Source: an uncultured Gemmatimonadota bacterium (GTDB lineage Bacteria; SM23-81; DAOVCL01). Taken from it: a stretch of 64,000 nt of DNA. Shown one piece after another: positions 35,678 through 46,159 of the stretch (its first letter is position 1; every line of letters starts with the position of its first letter). A program made the translations under genes and the position numbers. The DNA lies in the NCBI GenBank assembly GCA_964626665.1, contig CAZVGK010000001.1, positions 128,001-192,000 of the forward strand. Reading direction: 5' to 3'. A model generated the notes under the pieces. That model searched no databases and was not told the DNA's origin. It saw only the letters and a list, made by a program, of their open reading frames with translations.

Positions 35678-36245
35678 TTAGCTCTTCCATTTATTTGAGA
35701 TCCTTTCCCCGATAAGACTTATCTCTTTCTTACTTACAACCCTGTTGATACATGAAGTAGTCACCCCTAAATGACGGGCAACTTCTGCTCCACTCATCCC
35801 TAACTTCTTTAAGGCCAATTGAGCAACTATAAACCTTCTATACCTATTTTGGGCTTCCTTTGTCCCTTCTCCAAATCTGGCCAATACCTCTTCTACTCTC
35901 TGTCATGACCTTTCTATCTTCCCCATTAAGGCTGAATGACCACACCAGGGATACCGATCAAGCTCTTCTAAGTTCTTCACCAATCCTGCTCGATATGGAC
36001 ATATCTGGTAAGCTCTAACAAAAAAGGGGTTTCTTCACATAGAATTGATTTATATCGGTTTTGAAAGAGGTATCCCTGCCTATTATTGAAGCTTACGGCG
36101 TATCCAGTCATCAGTTTCCTCATAGCCGAAGATAGAGATGTAACCCTGTGCGAATCAGGAGATGAAAATGGTTGGGAATCAAAGCCCAAGCATATATCTG
36201 CCCCATCGTCCCCTATGCTGTCTGATAAGTATCTTCAAGAATATA
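35678..36245 (-). pseudogene. Decayed REP-associated tyrosine transposase (RAYT, Y1 HUH family) with C-terminal HTH
   Basis: Fragments in different frames: IYAWALIPNHFHLLIRTG (HUH motif), MRKLMTGYAVSFN..GYLFQNRYKSILCEE..FLLELTRYVH, LGMSGAEVARHLGVTTSCINR; frameshifts and deletions. Confidence 0.85.
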
Positions 36246-36369
36246 GACTTTCACCTTTCAGATGAAAAAAGGGGATTAAACTCAATTTTTAAAAGCTCTT
36301 TATTTTAAATATCTGGTGATAATCTTGTGAAATCTCGTGGTTTCTTAACGCATAATCTGGGTTAAAGTT

Positions 36370-37584
36370 TTATCCTCTCTCTTGAATTTCAGGGGGGATT
36401 TGGCCGGGTTTTTTTATCCTTTTAATCAGGGCAGGGATTACCTGGAAGAGATCGCCCACTATAGCATAGGTGGCCACTTTGAAGATGGGGGCCTCTGGGT
36501 CCTTGTTTATGGCCACGATCACCTTTGCTGACTGCATGCCCACCAGATGTTGGATGGCCCCTGATATGCCGCAGGCTATATAGAGTTGCGGACAGACGGT
36601 CTTTCCGGTCTGACCAACCTGATGGGAGTAGGGGATCCAACCGGCATCAACCGCGGCCCGGGAGGCCCCTACAGCTCCCCCTAAGGCTCTGGCCAACTCC
36701 TCTATCAGGTCAAATTTAGAGGGATCACCTAAGCCCCTTCCCCCGGAGACGATGATGTCGGCCTCGGCTATGTTGATCGTCTCCCCCTCCTCCTTGACCA
36801 CCTTGAGGAGCTTGCTGCGGGAGGGAAGCTCCTTCGGTTTAAACTCCTTGCGGATTAGTTGGCCCTCCCTCTTCTGGTCAACTGATCCTGCCCTCATTAC
36901 CTTAGGTCTCACCGTGGCCATCTGGGGGCGGTGATGGGGGCAGGTGATGGTGGCCATAATATTCCCCCCAAATGCAGGACGGGTCTGGAGGAGAAGGCCG
37001 TTTTCCGGGTCGATCTCCAGTCCCGTGCAGTCCGCGGTTAGACCCGTCTTTAATTTAGTGGCCACCCGGGGGATGAGGGATCTCCCCAAGCTAGTCCCCC
37101 CTCCGAGGACTATCTCCGGTCGGTACTCCCGGATGAGGGCGACCAAGGCCTGGGTATAGGGCTCCACCAGAAAGTCCTCCAATTGAGGTGAGTCAACCAG
37201 GTAGACCCGGTCTGCCCCCCACTGGATCAGCTCCGCAGCCTTATCCTCTACCCCCCAGCCAAGCAGGACGGCGGATAGCTCGTCCCCTCTGGCCTGGGCG
37301 AGCCTTCTGCCCTCACCCAGAAGCTCAAAGCTTACCGGATTTAATTTCCCCTCTCTTTGCTCGGCGAAGATCCAAATCCCGGAATAGCCTCTTTCAGCCG
37401 GAAGCTCGCTCTTCCCCCTAATGAGGATGGCATTGAACTTGCAGGAGTCAACACAGGCTCCACAGAGAGTGCATCCCTGGCCGATAACGGCTAAGCCCTC
37501 GACCATCTCGATGGCTCCATAGGGGCAGACCCCCACGCAGGCTCCACATCCCACACACCTTTCTTGAATGACCTCTATGTTCAT
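36370..37584 (-). CDS. etfA: Electron transfer flavoprotein alpha subunit with N-terminal 2x[4Fe-4S] ferredoxin domain
   Basis: [12 protein letters not shown] and [49 protein letters not shown]; start at MNIEVIQ. Confidence 0.93.
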   Translation of the reverse strand: MNIEVIQERCVGCGACVGVCPYGAIEMVEGLAVIGQGCTLCGACVDSCKFNAILIRGKSELPAERGYSGIWIFAEQREGKLNPVSFELLGEGRRLAQARGDELSAVLLGWGVEDKAAELIQWGADRVYLVDSPQLEDFLVEPYTQALVALIREYRPEIVLGGGTSLGRSLIPRVATKLKTGLTADCTGLEIDPENGLLLQTRPAFGGNIMATITCPHHRPQMATVRPKVMRAGSVDQKREGQLIRKEFKPKELPSRSKLLKVVKEEGETINIAEADIIVSGGRGLGDPSKFDLIEELARALGGAVGASRAAVDAGWIPYSHQVGQTGKTVCPQLYIACGISGAIQHLVGMQSAKVIVAINKDPEAPIFKVATYAIVGDLFQVIPALIKRIKKPGQIPPEIQERG

Positions 37585-37591
37585 AATATTT

Positions 37592-37629
37592 AAAAAAATA
37601 AGGGCCTCGGCTCTGGGACCCTTATTTTT
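37592..37629 (-). terminator. Intrinsic terminator ending the ribosomal superoperon
   Basis: Minus-strand AAUAAGGGUC-loop-GGCCCUUAUU followed by a U-tract. Confidence 0.7.
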
Positions 37630-37760
37630 CACCTTGTTACAGTTTACAGGGATCAGTAGTCATGCGGTTATCGGAGCCTAGTTATCAGTTGTCACAGATT
37701 TCCTCCGCTCCCCGTCAACTGCCCTCTGATCCCTTGGGGTTGATCCCCGGGACTGTTATT

Positions 37761-38084
37761 CTATCCCTTGATTGCCTTTCTTAGCTTATACCGGATTTGG
37801 TCCATCTCATCCTTGGTAATCTTTTTGTCCTTAAGGGCCTTCCTAATGTATTTTACGACCTCGCGGACCTCTTCCTTCCTTACTCTCTTTTTTTTGAGGG
37901 CGGCCCTAAACTTCCGGAAAAGGGGCTTTACCCCTGTCCTGTCATAATTGGGGGGGAGGGACTGCTCGACCTTCACCTCCAATCCCTTAAACCCGTATTC
38001 TAACAGTCTCCCCTTGAGAAGGATTACGGCCAAAAGGATTAGCAAGGCCACGCCCAAGATGGAGAGCAAACAGCCCTTCCTCAT
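37761..38084 (-). CDS. Hypothetical membrane-anchored basic protein
   Basis: MRKGCLLSILGVALLILLAVILL anchor; Lys/Arg-rich helices; ATGA overlap with rplQ. Confidence 0.7.
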   Translation of the reverse strand: MRKGCLLSILGVALLILLAVILLKGRLLEYGFKGLEVKVEQSLPPNYDRTGVKPLFRKFRAALKKKRVRKEEVREVVKYIRKALKDKKITKDEMDQIRYKLRKAIKG

Positions 38085-38488
38085 TTCTTTTCTGTTTTCC
38101 CAGCAGGTTTCTCAGGTTCAACCTTCTCCACCCCCTCCTTGACCAATTGCAGGAGGGAGAGGGAAGCGCCATCCCCAGGACGGAAGCCGAGCTTGATCCT
38201 TCTCGTGCAGCCTCCGTTCCTCTCCCCATACCTCAGAGCGATATCATCAAATAGCTTAGCTATTATTGATTTATGCGGAAGCGTCCTCAGGGCAATTCTT
38301 CGGGAATGGAGGTCACCCTTCTTGCCCAAGCTGATTAGCTTCTCGGCCAACCTCTGGGCCTCCTTTGCCTTGACACTGGTAGTAGTTATGCTCTCGTGGA
38401 GGAAGAGGGAAGAGACCAGATTCCGCAGCGTTGCCCCTCGGTGGGCAGGATTTCTGCCCAGATGGTTGCCCTTCTTTAGGTGTCTCAA
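38081..38488 (-). CDS. rplQ: 50S ribosomal protein L17
   Basis: MRHLKKG..LGR..AHR, ITTT..KAKE, RNGG.TR..KLG.R.GD. Confidence 0.97.
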   Translation of the reverse strand: MRHLKKGNHLGRNPAHRGATLRNLVSSLFLHESITTTSVKAKEAQRLAEKLISLGKKGDLHSRRIALRTLPHKSIIAKLFDDIALRYGERNGGCTRRIKLGFRPGDGASLSLLQLVKEGVEKVEPEKPAGKTEKK

Positions 38489-39468
38489 GATTTCTCCCCC
38501 TCCAGATAAGGCGAGACATCCATGCCAAAGGAGAGACCAAATTCGGCTAAGACCCTCTGTAGCTCGGAGAGGGATTTACGTCCAAAATTCCTGTATTTGA
38601 GCATCTCTGACTCTGTCTTTTGTACGAGATCATTTAAGGTGACTATATTGGCTGCCCGCAGACAATTGTTTGATCTCACGGATAGCTCTAATTCCTCTAC
38701 CTTCATCTTGAGCAGGTTTCTTACCCGCAAGACCTCTTTGTTTACCTTAGTCTCCTCTACCTCCTCAAACTTGGTGGGGTGAAGTATGAATAGCTCCACA
38801 TGCTCCTTTAATATCTGGGCCGCATAGCTGAGGGCCTCCCCTGGGGTGATGCTCCCGTCCGTGCGGATCTGCAGGGTAAGCTTTTCAAAGTCTACCCGGT
38901 GGCCCACCCTGGTGCTATCCACTTGATAGTTGACCTTGGTCACCGGGGTGAAGATGGAATCGAGGTAGATAGTGCCAAATGGGTGATTCTGCTTTTTGTT
39001 CTGCTCAGCGGTAACATAGCCTCTGCCAAAGCCAACTTCTATCTCACCCTTGATTTGAGCTCCATCATTTAAGGTGGCCAACCTGTGGTCAGGGTTTAGG
39101 ATGAGGAAGTTCCCCCCCCCATCGATATCACCCGCTTTAAACTCTCCCTTACCCGATTTCTCAATGCCCACCATAACCGGTTTGTCCGCTAAGAACTTTA
39201 TCCTTACCTCCTTTAGATTAAGCACTATTTCTGGGATATCCTCTACTACACCGGGAATGGTGGAATATTCATGAGGGACCCCTTCGACCCGGAGGGCGGT
39301 TATCGCTGCCCCTTGCAGAGAGGAGAGGAGAACCCGGCGGAGGGAATTCCCTAAGGTGATCCCAAAACCCCTCTCTAAGGGTTCGATGATGAACTTGCTG
39401 TAAACATCTGTCGCTGATTCTTCTTCTGCTACTAAGCTTTTGGGAAGTTGCAGGCTTGTCCACTTCAT
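38485..39468 (-). CDS. rpoA: RNA polymerase alpha subunit
   Basis: EPLERGFGITLGNSLRRVLLSSL, ELSVRSNNCL, NFGRKSL. Confidence 0.98.
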   Translation of the reverse strand: MKWTSLQLPKSLVAEEESATDVYSKFIIEPLERGFGITLGNSLRRVLLSSLQGAAITALRVEGVPHEYSTIPGVVEDIPEIVLNLKEVRIKFLADKPVMVGIEKSGKGEFKAGDIDGGGNFLILNPDHRLATLNDGAQIKGEIEVGFGRGYVTAEQNKKQNHPFGTIYLDSIFTPVTKVNYQVDSTRVGHRVDFEKLTLQIRTDGSITPGEALSYAAQILKEHVELFILHPTKFEEVEETKVNKEVLRVRNLLKMKVEELELSVRSNNCLRAANIVTLNDLVQKTESEMLKYRNFGRKSLSELQRVLAEFGLSFGMDVSPYLEGEKS

Positions 39469-39488
39469 CTAAAGATACTTCCTCCTTC

Positions 39489-40118
39489 TCACTTAGAATA
39501 GAGCTCCACAATCAATTTTTCGGTGATCGGCTCAGGTATCTGCTCTCTGGTGGGGAGGTCTAGGACCTCACCCTCCAACTTGGCCTTGTCTATCCTCAGC
39601 CAGCTCAGCTTACCAAGCCTATCTGCGGCCTTCAGAGAGTCATGGATTATGGCTAAATCCCGGCTCTTCTCCCTTACCTTTACCACATCCTTTGGCTTTA
39701 CTTGGTAGGAGGGGATGTTCACCTTCCTCTCGTTCACCTGGAAGTGGCTATGCCTCACCAACTGCCTGGCTGTTTTTCGAGAGGGGGCAAAACCGAGCCG
39801 GTAGACGGTGTTGTCTAACCGGGATTCTAAGGCCCGCAGAAGGTTCTCCCCGGTGATACCCTTTTTCCTTTCAGCCTTTTGGAAGTAGTTTCTGAACTGT
39901 TTCTCCATTATTCCATAGATCCTCCGCACCTTCTGCTTCTCCCTTAATTGAAGGCCGTACTCAGACATCCGGCGACGGCGGAGGACCCCATGTTGTCCGG
40001 GAAATGATTCCTTTTTCTCCAGGGCACACTTATCCGTGTAACACCGATCGCCCTTCAGAAAGAGTTTGGTCTTCTCCCGGCGACAGAGCTTGCAAACGGG
40101 GCCCTTGTATCTAGCCAT
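39489..40118 (-). CDS. rpsD: 30S ribosomal protein S4
   Basis: [41 protein letters not shown]. Confidence 0.98.
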   Translation of the reverse strand: MARYKGPVCKLCRREKTKLFLKGDRCYTDKCALEKKESFPGQHGVLRRRRMSEYGLQLREKQKVRRIYGIMEKQFRNYFQKAERKKGITGENLLRALESRLDNTVYRLGFAPSRKTARQLVRHSHFQVNERKVNIPSYQVKPKDVVKVREKSRDLAIIHDSLKAADRLGKLSWLRIDKAKLEGEVLDLPTREQIPEPITEKLIVELYSK

Positions 40119-40121
40119 CTC

Positions 40122-40517
40122 TTATACCCTCCTTCGCTTGGGAGGACGACAACCATTATGAGGAATGGGAGTAACATCCCTTATCGCTGTAATATTCAAC
40201 CCGGCAGCCTGCAGGGATCTGATGGCGGCCTCCCTCCCGGATCCTGGCCCCTTCACTCTGACCTCCAAACTCTTCATCCCTCTATCCATTGCCCCTTTAG
40301 CAGAGGCCGTAGCCGCCTGCCCGGCCGCAAATGGGGTGCTCTTCTTAGAACCTTTAAAACCCGCCCTCCCCGCCGAGGCCCAGGATATAACCTTCCCTTG
40401 GGTATCGGTAATGGTTATTATCGTGTTGTTAAAGGTTGCCTGAATGTGAGCCACCCCTGATACCTCCACCCTCCCCTTTTTTCTTTTGGGCCTTCCTTTC
40501 GCTTTCTTATCTGCCAA
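40122..40517 (-). CDS. rpsK: 30S ribosomal protein S11
   Basis: [35 protein letters not shown]. Confidence 0.98.
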   Translation of the reverse strand: MADKKAKGRPKRKKGRVEVSGVAHIQATFNNTIITITDTQGKVISWASAGRAGFKGSKKSTPFAAGQAATASAKGAMDRGMKSLEVRVKGPGSGREAAIRSLQAAGLNITAIRDVTPIPHNGCRPPKRRRV

Positions 40518-40533
40518 TTTTCACACCCCCTGA

Positions 40534-40905
40534 TTACCTTTTCCTTTTGGCTCCAATAGTTTTGCGGGAGCTCCTTCTCGTGCGGGAATTGGTTTTCGTC
40601 CTCTGGCCCCTCACCGGAAGGTTCCTCCTGTGTCTAAATCCGCGATAAGAGCCGATTTCCATCAACCTCTTTATATTCATAGTCACCTCTGCTCTCCTGC
40701 TCCCTTCCACCTTGTAATCCGACTCTATAACCGACCTCAGCTTGGAGACTTCCTCCTCGCTGAGCTTGTTCACTCTAGTATCAGGAGAGACCCCGGTTTT
40801 CTTCAATATTTTACTTGCAGAGGAGCGGCCTATACCATAAATATAAGTAAGGGCAATCTCTATCCTCTTGTCCTTTGGCAAATCAACGCCTGCTATCCTG
40901 GCCAA
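40534..40905 (-). CDS. rpsM: 30S ribosomal protein S13
   Basis: [30 protein letters not shown]. Confidence 0.98.
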   Translation of the reverse strand: MARIAGVDLPKDKRIEIALTYIYGIGRSSASKILKKTGVSPDTRVNKLSEEEVSKLRSVIESDYKVEGSRRAEVTMNIKRLMEIGSYRGFRHRRNLPVRGQRTKTNSRTRRSSRKTIGAKRKR

Positions 40906-40920
40906 CCTTAAACCTCCTTT

Positions 40921-41055
40921 TTAACCTACCCTTCTGGGCTTACCCCTTTGTCTCTGTTTGTGACGGGGGTTTGAGCAGATGACCCGGAGGACCCCCTTCC
41001 TTCTAATTACCTTACAGTGTTTGCAGAGGGGTTTTATGGAAACTTTGACTTTCAT
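40921..41055 (-). CDS. rpmJ: 50S ribosomal protein L36 (Zn-ribbon type) with C-terminal extension
   Basis: Manual translation [44 protein letters not shown] (44 aa; below the ORF-track cutoff). Confidence 0.95.
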   Translation of the reverse strand: MKVKVSIKPLCKHCKVIRRKGVLRVICSNPRHKQRQRGKPRRVG

Positions 41056-41270
41056 TTGTACCTGTAGGTTATCCTTCCTCGATTTAGGTCATAGGGGGAG
41101 AGTTCCACAGCCACCCTATCTCCTGGGAGTATCTTGATATAATGCATCCTCATCTTCCCGGAGATGTGGGCTAAAACCCGGTGGCCATTTTTTAACTCCA
41201 CCCTGAAAGTGGCATTGGGAAGGGGCTCAATCACTACCCCGTCAACCTTTATCGTCTCCTGTTTAGCCAT
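41052..41270 (-). CDS. infA: Translation initiation factor IF-1
   Basis: [26 protein letters not shown]...[18 protein letters not shown]. Confidence 0.98.
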   Translation of the reverse strand: MAKQETIKVDGVVIEPLPNATFRVELKNGHRVLAHISGKMRMHYIKILPGDRVAVELSPYDLNRGRITYRYK

Positions 41271-41916
41271 CCCTGGCCTCAAGCTTTTCCGTTATTTCCT
41301 CAAAGACCGCCGTGGCATCTCCATCTCCCTCTACATCTATTAAGATCCCCTGAGCTCGGTAATACTCCTGCAACTCCTTTATCTCCTTAGCATAGATGGA
41401 GAGCCTTTTCTTGATGGTTTGCGGGCGATCGTCTTCCCTTTGATAGAGCTCCCCCCCGCAGCGATCACAGATACCATCCGATTTTGGAGGGGCGGTGATT
41501 AAGTTATAGACGGCTCCACAGGATGAACAGACCCTCCGATTGGAGAGCCGACGCAGGATAACCTCCTGAGAAACCTCTATATCAATGACCCCAGTGAGAG
41601 TCCAATCCATATCCCTGCCTATTGCCTCTAACCCTTCGGCCTGGGCCAGGTCGCGGGGAAAACCATCTAAGATGAACCCTTCTGTACAGTCTTCTCCATG
41701 GAGTCTTAGCTTGACCAACTCCATCATAATCTCATCAGGGACAAGTTCTCCCTTATCCCAAAACCTCTTGGCTTTCTTCCCCCAAGAAGAACCATCCCTC
41801 ACAGCAGACCTCAATATCTCCCCCGTAGAGATGTGGGGTATTCCATATTCCTGGCTGAGCATCTCTGCCTCAACGCCTTTCCCTGCCCCGGGTGGTCCCA
41901 AGATTACCAATCTCAT
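41263..41916 (-). CDS. adk: Adenylate kinase (Zn-binding LID)
   Basis: [25 protein letters not shown]...CDRC. Confidence 0.97.
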   Translation of the reverse strand: MRLVILGPPGAGKGVEAEMLSQEYGIPHISTGEILRSAVRDGSSWGKKAKRFWDKGELVPDEIMMELVKLRLHGEDCTEGFILDGFPRDLAQAEGLEAIGRDMDWTLTGVIDIEVSQEVILRRLSNRRVCSSCGAVYNLITAPPKSDGICDRCGGELYQREDDRPQTIKKRLSIYAKEIKELQEYYRAQGILIDVEGDGDATAVFEEITEKLEARDG

Positions 41917-43223
41917 CTCCTCCCCTTTATCTTCCCCTTCTTCATAAATCCATCATAATGCCTCATTACCAGATGAGACTCCACCTGTTTTAGGGTATCT
42001 AAGGCCACCCCCACGATGATCAGAACGGAGGTTCCTCCAAAGAAGAAGGAGACATCCATTGACTGCATTAGAAAAAAGGGTAGGATGGCAATCGCGGCAA
42101 AGGAGAGGGCCCCAGGGAGGGTGATGCGGGTGAGTATTCTGTCTATGTAGTCTGCCGTCCTCTTCCCTGGCCGCACACCAGGGATGAAACCGCCATACCT
42201 CTTCATATTGTCTGCCAATTCCACCGGATTGAAGACGATGGCCGTGTAGAAGTAAGCGAAGAATACTATCAAGAGGGCATAGACGATGGAGTAAACAGCA
42301 GCACCAGGTGTAAACCAGTTAGCAATTCCAGTTAATAACTCGCTCTTAGGGAAAAAAGTGGTGATGGTGCGGGGGGCAAACATCAGGGACTGGGCGAAGA
42401 TGATGGGAATTATCCCCGCGGCGTTCATATTAAGGGGGATGTGAGTGGACTGTCCACCATAGATCTTTCTCCCCACCACCCTTTTGGCATACTGCACCGG
42501 TATCCTCCTCTGTGCCTGGGTAATGATAACAACAAAGCTTATAACGGCCACCATAATGGCCAGGACCATCAACCCCTGAAAGGGAGAACGGGTGCCAGCG
42601 GCTAACTGCCTGCCTTCGTTGAGCACCGATCCCGGAAGCCTGGCTAATATCCCCACATAGATGATTAACGAGATCCCATTGCCAATCCCCTTCTCGGTCA
42701 TCTGTTCCCCAATCCACATAAGAAAGATGGTCCCTGTGGTCAGGGTAAGCATAGTCAAAAGTCTAAAACCAATCCCCGGGTGAACTACCGCAGAGATCCC
42801 CTCTGAGGTGACGATGCTCTCCAAAAATATGCTCGCCCCATAGGATTGAAGGATACAGATGAGGATGGTGCCATACCTGGTGTACTGGGTTATCTTTCTC
42901 CTGCCCTCCTCCCCCTCTTTGTGCAGCTTCTGAAAGTAGGGGACGACAGCCCCTAAGAGTTGCATAATGATGGAGGAGGTGATGTAGGGCATTATCCCCA
43001 GGCCAAAGATGGCAGCGTTCTTAAAGGCTCCCCCAGCAAATATGTCGTAGAGGCCAAAGAGAGTTCCCTGAGCCTGGGCAAAGAAGCTTTTTAAAACCCC
43101 CATATCTATACCCGGAGTGGGAACATGGCAGCCAATTCGGTAAACAACAAGGAGGCCAATGGTAAAGAGAATCCTTTTCCTTAATTCGGGGATTTTGAAT
43201 GTGTTTTGAAATGTCTGAAACAT
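41913..43223 (-). CDS. secY: Preprotein translocase SecY
   Basis: GIMPYITSSIIMQLL, GIGNGISLII, IPGVRPG, GGTSVLIIVGV. Confidence 0.98.
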   Translation of the reverse strand: MFQTFQNTFKIPELRKRILFTIGLLVVYRIGCHVPTPGIDMGVLKSFFAQAQGTLFGLYDIFAGGAFKNAAIFGLGIMPYITSSIIMQLLGAVVPYFQKLHKEGEEGRRKITQYTRYGTILICILQSYGASIFLESIVTSEGISAVVHPGIGFRLLTMLTLTTGTIFLMWIGEQMTEKGIGNGISLIIYVGILARLPGSVLNEGRQLAAGTRSPFQGLMVLAIMVAVISFVVIITQAQRRIPVQYAKRVVGRKIYGGQSTHIPLNMNAAGIIPIIFAQSLMFAPRTITTFFPKSELLTGIANWFTPGAAVYSIVYALLIVFFAYFYTAIVFNPVELADNMKRYGGFIPGVRPGKRTADYIDRILTRITLPGALSFAAIAILPFFLMQSMDVSFFFGGTSVLIIVGVALDTLKQVESHLVMRHYDGFMKKGKIKGRR

Positions 43224-43224
43224 C

Positions 43225-43683
43225 TCAGATTACCTCCGTGGTTCCCCCACTTGCCTCTATCTTTTCCTTGGCCGATCTACTGAATGCCTGAGCCCGGATG
43301 ATCAGGGCTCCTTCCACCTGACCTTCGCCTAAAACCTTTAAGGGGATGGCTGTCCTCTTGATCAAACCATCTTTCTTTAAAAGGATTGGATCAATGACCT
43401 GGGAATCGGCATATCTGCTCAGTTGCTTGAGGTTAACCACCTGATAGCGGACCGGGAAATGGTGCATCATAACAGATTTCTTCCCCCTCTTCATTCCCCT
43501 TTTAGGTACCCTTCTCTCCAGAGGCATCTGTCCCCCCTCAAACCAGGCCTTTGACTTGGAGCCGGATCTGGATCTTTGCCCTTTCTCCCCCCGACCGCTG
43601 GTTTTCCCCAGGCCTGAGCCAGGTCCCCTACCCACCCTTTTTCTCCTCTTCTTTGCCCCTGATGGCGGTCTAATCTGCATCAT
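43225..43683 (-). CDS. rplO: 50S ribosomal protein L15
   Basis: [38 protein letters not shown]. Confidence 0.97.
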   Translation of the reverse strand: MMQIRPPSGAKKRRKRVGRGPGSGLGKTSGRGEKGQRSRSGSKSKAWFEGGQMPLERRVPKRGMKRGKKSVMMHHFPVRYQVVNLKQLSRYADSQVIDPILLKKDGLIKRTAIPLKVLGEGQVEGALIIRAQAFSRSAKEKIEASGGTTEVI

Positions 43684-43867
43684 TACAAAACTCCTCGACG
43701 GCTACCAAATGGCTTACCTTCCTCAGCATCCCCCTTATTTGCGGGGTATCCAGATGGGTCACTGTGTGATTTAACCTTTTAATCCCCAAAGCCTTAATGG
43801 TTAATTTCTGTCTGAGTGGATACCCGATCGCACTCTTTCTCTGAGTTATCTTCAATTTTTTGGCCAT
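43670..43867 (-). CDS. rpmD: 50S ribosomal protein L30
   Basis: [15 protein letters not shown]...TIKALGI...[15 protein letters not shown]. Confidence 0.96.
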   Translation of the reverse strand: MAKKLKITQRKSAIGYPLRQKLTIKALGIKRLNHTVTHLDTPQIRGMLRKVSHLVAVEEFCNDAD

Positions 43868-43889
43868 CCAATCTCCCAAGAAAAAAATG

Positions 43890-44066
43890 ACGGTTCACCA
43901 CTGATTACTGATCCCTGTTTTTCTGTGCATAGTCCGTGGTTATCTGTGGTAAATTATTACTCAATTAACGATTAGCAAGTTAAAATGAAGCCAGAAAATC
44001 CTGAGATGCGGGCCATTTTCCATTGATAATTGTTCATTGACCATTTCTTGGTCTGTCCGTGGTGAG
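43890..44066. repeat. Composite intergenic repeat between rpsE and rpmD
   Basis: tctgtgcatagtccgtggttatctgtggtaaa plus caattaacgattagcaag...tttccattgataattgttcattgaccatttctt. Confidence 0.8.
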
Positions 44067-44068
44067 AA

Positions 44069-44575
44069 TTACGAAAAAAGCTCCTGCAGGGTTATCCCCC
44101 TCAGATTGGCCACCATCTTGCCATCCCTGAGCCGCAAAAGGCCATTCATCGTGGCCTTAACCACATTATGGGGGTTAGAGGAGCCCAAGGATTTGGTAAG
44201 CACATTCTCCACTCCAGCCACCTCTAATACCGCCCTCACCGGCCCTCCGGCTATAACCCCTGTCCCTGGGGTCGCCGGCTTCATCAGCACTCTGCCTGCT
44301 CCAAACCTGCCTAAGATGGCATGGGGGATGGTTCCCCGGACAAGGGGGATCCTGATCATAGTCTTCCGGGCTGCCTCTGTGGCCTTTTTGATGGCCGCGG
44401 CAACCTCTTTGGCTTTGCCCAACCCTACTCCCACACTTCCCTGCCCATCGCCCACCGCCACCAACGCATTGAAACCAAACCTTCTCCCTCCTTTAACCAC
44501 CTTGGCCACCCGATTTAAGTAGATGAGCTTCTCCTCAAGTTCAATGCCCTCTTCCTCTTCCCTTTTGCCCTTCAA
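44069..44575 (-). CDS. rpsE: 30S ribosomal protein S5
   Basis: [35 protein letters not shown]. Confidence 0.98.
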   Translation of the reverse strand: MKGKREEEEGIELEEKLIYLNRVAKVVKGGRRFGFNALVAVGDGQGSVGVGLGKAKEVAAAIKKATEAARKTMIRIPLVRGTIPHAILGRFGAGRVLMKPATPGTGVIAGGPVRAVLEVAGVENVLTKSLGSSNPHNVVKATMNGLLRLRDGKMVANLRGITLQELFS

Positions 44576-44589
44576 ATTTTTCTCCCTTT

Positions 44590-44970
44590 CTAAAATCTTA
44601 ATCCCCCTTCCCTGGCTCCCTCAGCGAGGGCCTTTACCCTTCCATGGTATTTATAGCCCCCGCGGTCGAAGACCACCTTCTCCACCCCTTTCTCCTTTAA
44701 TTGCCCCGCTAAAACCTGACCTAATAGCTTGGCCTTGGCTACCTTACCAGCCAAACCCTTGGCCTGTGGCGAGAGGGTGGGGGAGATGGTGGAGAGGAAG
44801 AGTATGGTTTTCTGAGCTTGGTCGTCGATGATCTGGGCATAGATCTGGCGTAGGCTCCGGTGGACGCTCAATCTGGGGCGCTCGGGGGTGCCCCAGACCC
44901 TCTTCCTTACCCTTCTCTTTCTCCTCTTCCAGGAGAGGATCTTTTTCCTGCTCTTGTCCGTGATTCCCAT
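44590..44970 (-). CDS. rplR: 50S ribosomal protein L18
   Basis: [39 protein letters not shown]. Confidence 0.98.
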   Translation of the reverse strand: MGITDKSRKKILSWKRRKRRVRKRVWGTPERPRLSVHRSLRQIYAQIIDDQAQKTILFLSTISPTLSPQAKGLAGKVAKAKLLGQVLAGQLKEKGVEKVVFDRGGYKYHGRVKALAEGAREGGLRF

Positions 44971-44975
44971 AATCC

Positions 44976-45539
44976 TTAAGCTGCTGTTTTTCCGGCTTTC
45001 CGCCGTACCTTTTCCCCTTTGTATCTAATTCCCTTGCCTTTATAGGGGTCAGGTGGTTGAAATGATCTGAGCTTGGCAGCGATTTGACCCACCAGCTCCT
45101 TGTCAATGCCTTTAACGGTAATCGTCTCCACCACATCCTCCCGCCCCGCCCTAGCCATTAGCTGTACCTCAAGGTTTATCCCCTCAGGAGGTTCAAAGAG
45201 AATGGGGTGACAGTAACCCAACTGGAAGTTGAGCTTGCGGCCGATGAGATCGGCTTTGTAACCAACCCCGATAATCTGTAAGACTTTTTCAAACCCCCGG
45301 GATACGCCCTCCACCATATTGGCCACCAGGGTTCTGGTCAGGCCATGAAGGGAGCGGTAAAACTTGGTATCAGAAGTACATCGGATGTGGAGCTTCCCCT
45401 CCTTCTCCTCCACCTGGAGTCCTGCATGGATGCTCCTCTTCAGGATTCCCAGAGGGCCCTTTACCTTTAATATGTCCCCTTTTATCTCTACCTCCACCCC
45501 CTGCGGAAGGGGGATGGGAGCTTTACCGACCCGCGACAA
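44976..45539 (-). CDS. rplF: 50S ribosomal protein L6
   Basis: [28 protein letters not shown]. Confidence 0.98.
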   Translation of the reverse strand: MSRVGKAPIPLPQGVEVEIKGDILKVKGPLGILKRSIHAGLQVEEKEGKLHIRCTSDTKFYRSLHGLTRTLVANMVEGVSRGFEKVLQIIGVGYKADLIGRKLNFQLGYCHPILFEPPEGINLEVQLMARAGREDVVETITVKGIDKELVGQIAAKLRSFQPPDPYKGKGIRYKGEKVRRKAGKTAA

Positions 45540-45548
45540 TCTTCCCTC

Positions 45549-45947
45549 CTACCATATATAACAGAGAACCTCCCCCCCAACTTCCTCTTTTCTGCAGAGT
45601 TTGTCCTGCAAAATTCCCTTAGAGGTGGAAAGGATTGCTGTTCCCAAGCCATTTTGTACCCGGGGGACCTTATCCCTTCTTACATAGATCCTTAACCCCG
45701 GTTTGCTTATTCTCTTGAGGCCAGATATTACCGGGAGACCGTCAGGGGTATACCTCAGATAGATCCGCAACTTCCCCCGCCCCTCTTCCTCTAATTTCTT
45801 ATAGTCAGCTATGTACTTCTCCTCCAAGAGAATCTGGGTTAGCTTCTCCTTAATTCTCGATGAGGGAAGTTCCACCGTGGCCAATCTGGCCTGGAGGCCA
45901 TTTCTGATTCTGGTCAGCATATCTGCTATGGGATCTGTCATAGTCAT
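45549..45947 (-). CDS. rpsH: 30S ribosomal protein S8
   Basis: DPIADMLTRIRN, SKPGLRIY, GGEVLCYIW. Confidence 0.98.
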   Translation of the reverse strand: MTMTDPIADMLTRIRNGLQARLATVELPSSRIKEKLTQILLEEKYIADYKKLEEEGRGKLRIYLRYTPDGLPVISGLKRISKPGLRIYVRRDKVPRVQNGLGTAILSTSKGILQDKLCRKEEVGGEVLCYIW

Positions 45948-45959
45948 CGGCTTATCCCT

Positions 45960-46145
45960 TTACCAACTTGCCTTGGCCACGCCAGGGATTTCCCCGCGCA
46001 GGGCCAACTCCCGGAAGCATATTCTGCAGAGCCCAAATTTCCTCATATAGGCCCGGGAACGGCCGCAACGGGGACATCTGTTGTACTTTCTCACCTTGAA
46101 CTTGGGTTCTCTCTTCGCTTTTACCTTTAAGGACTTCTTGGCCAA
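45960..46145 (-). CDS. rpsN: 30S ribosomal protein S14 (Zn-binding type Z)
   Basis: RCPRCGR...[19 protein letters not shown]. Confidence 0.98.
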   Translation of the reverse strand: MAKKSLKVKAKREPKFKVRKYNRCPRCGRSRAYMRKFGLCRICFRELALRGEIPGVAKASW

Positions 46146-46159
46146 TCCTTCTCCTTTCG

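Noticed and set aside
35492-35698. 68-aa ORF after fapA
   Set aside because: Spans the RAYT-associated inverted repeats; no SD or protein features.
41052-41916. Absence of map between adk and infA
   Set aside because: Common variation in spc/alpha operon content.
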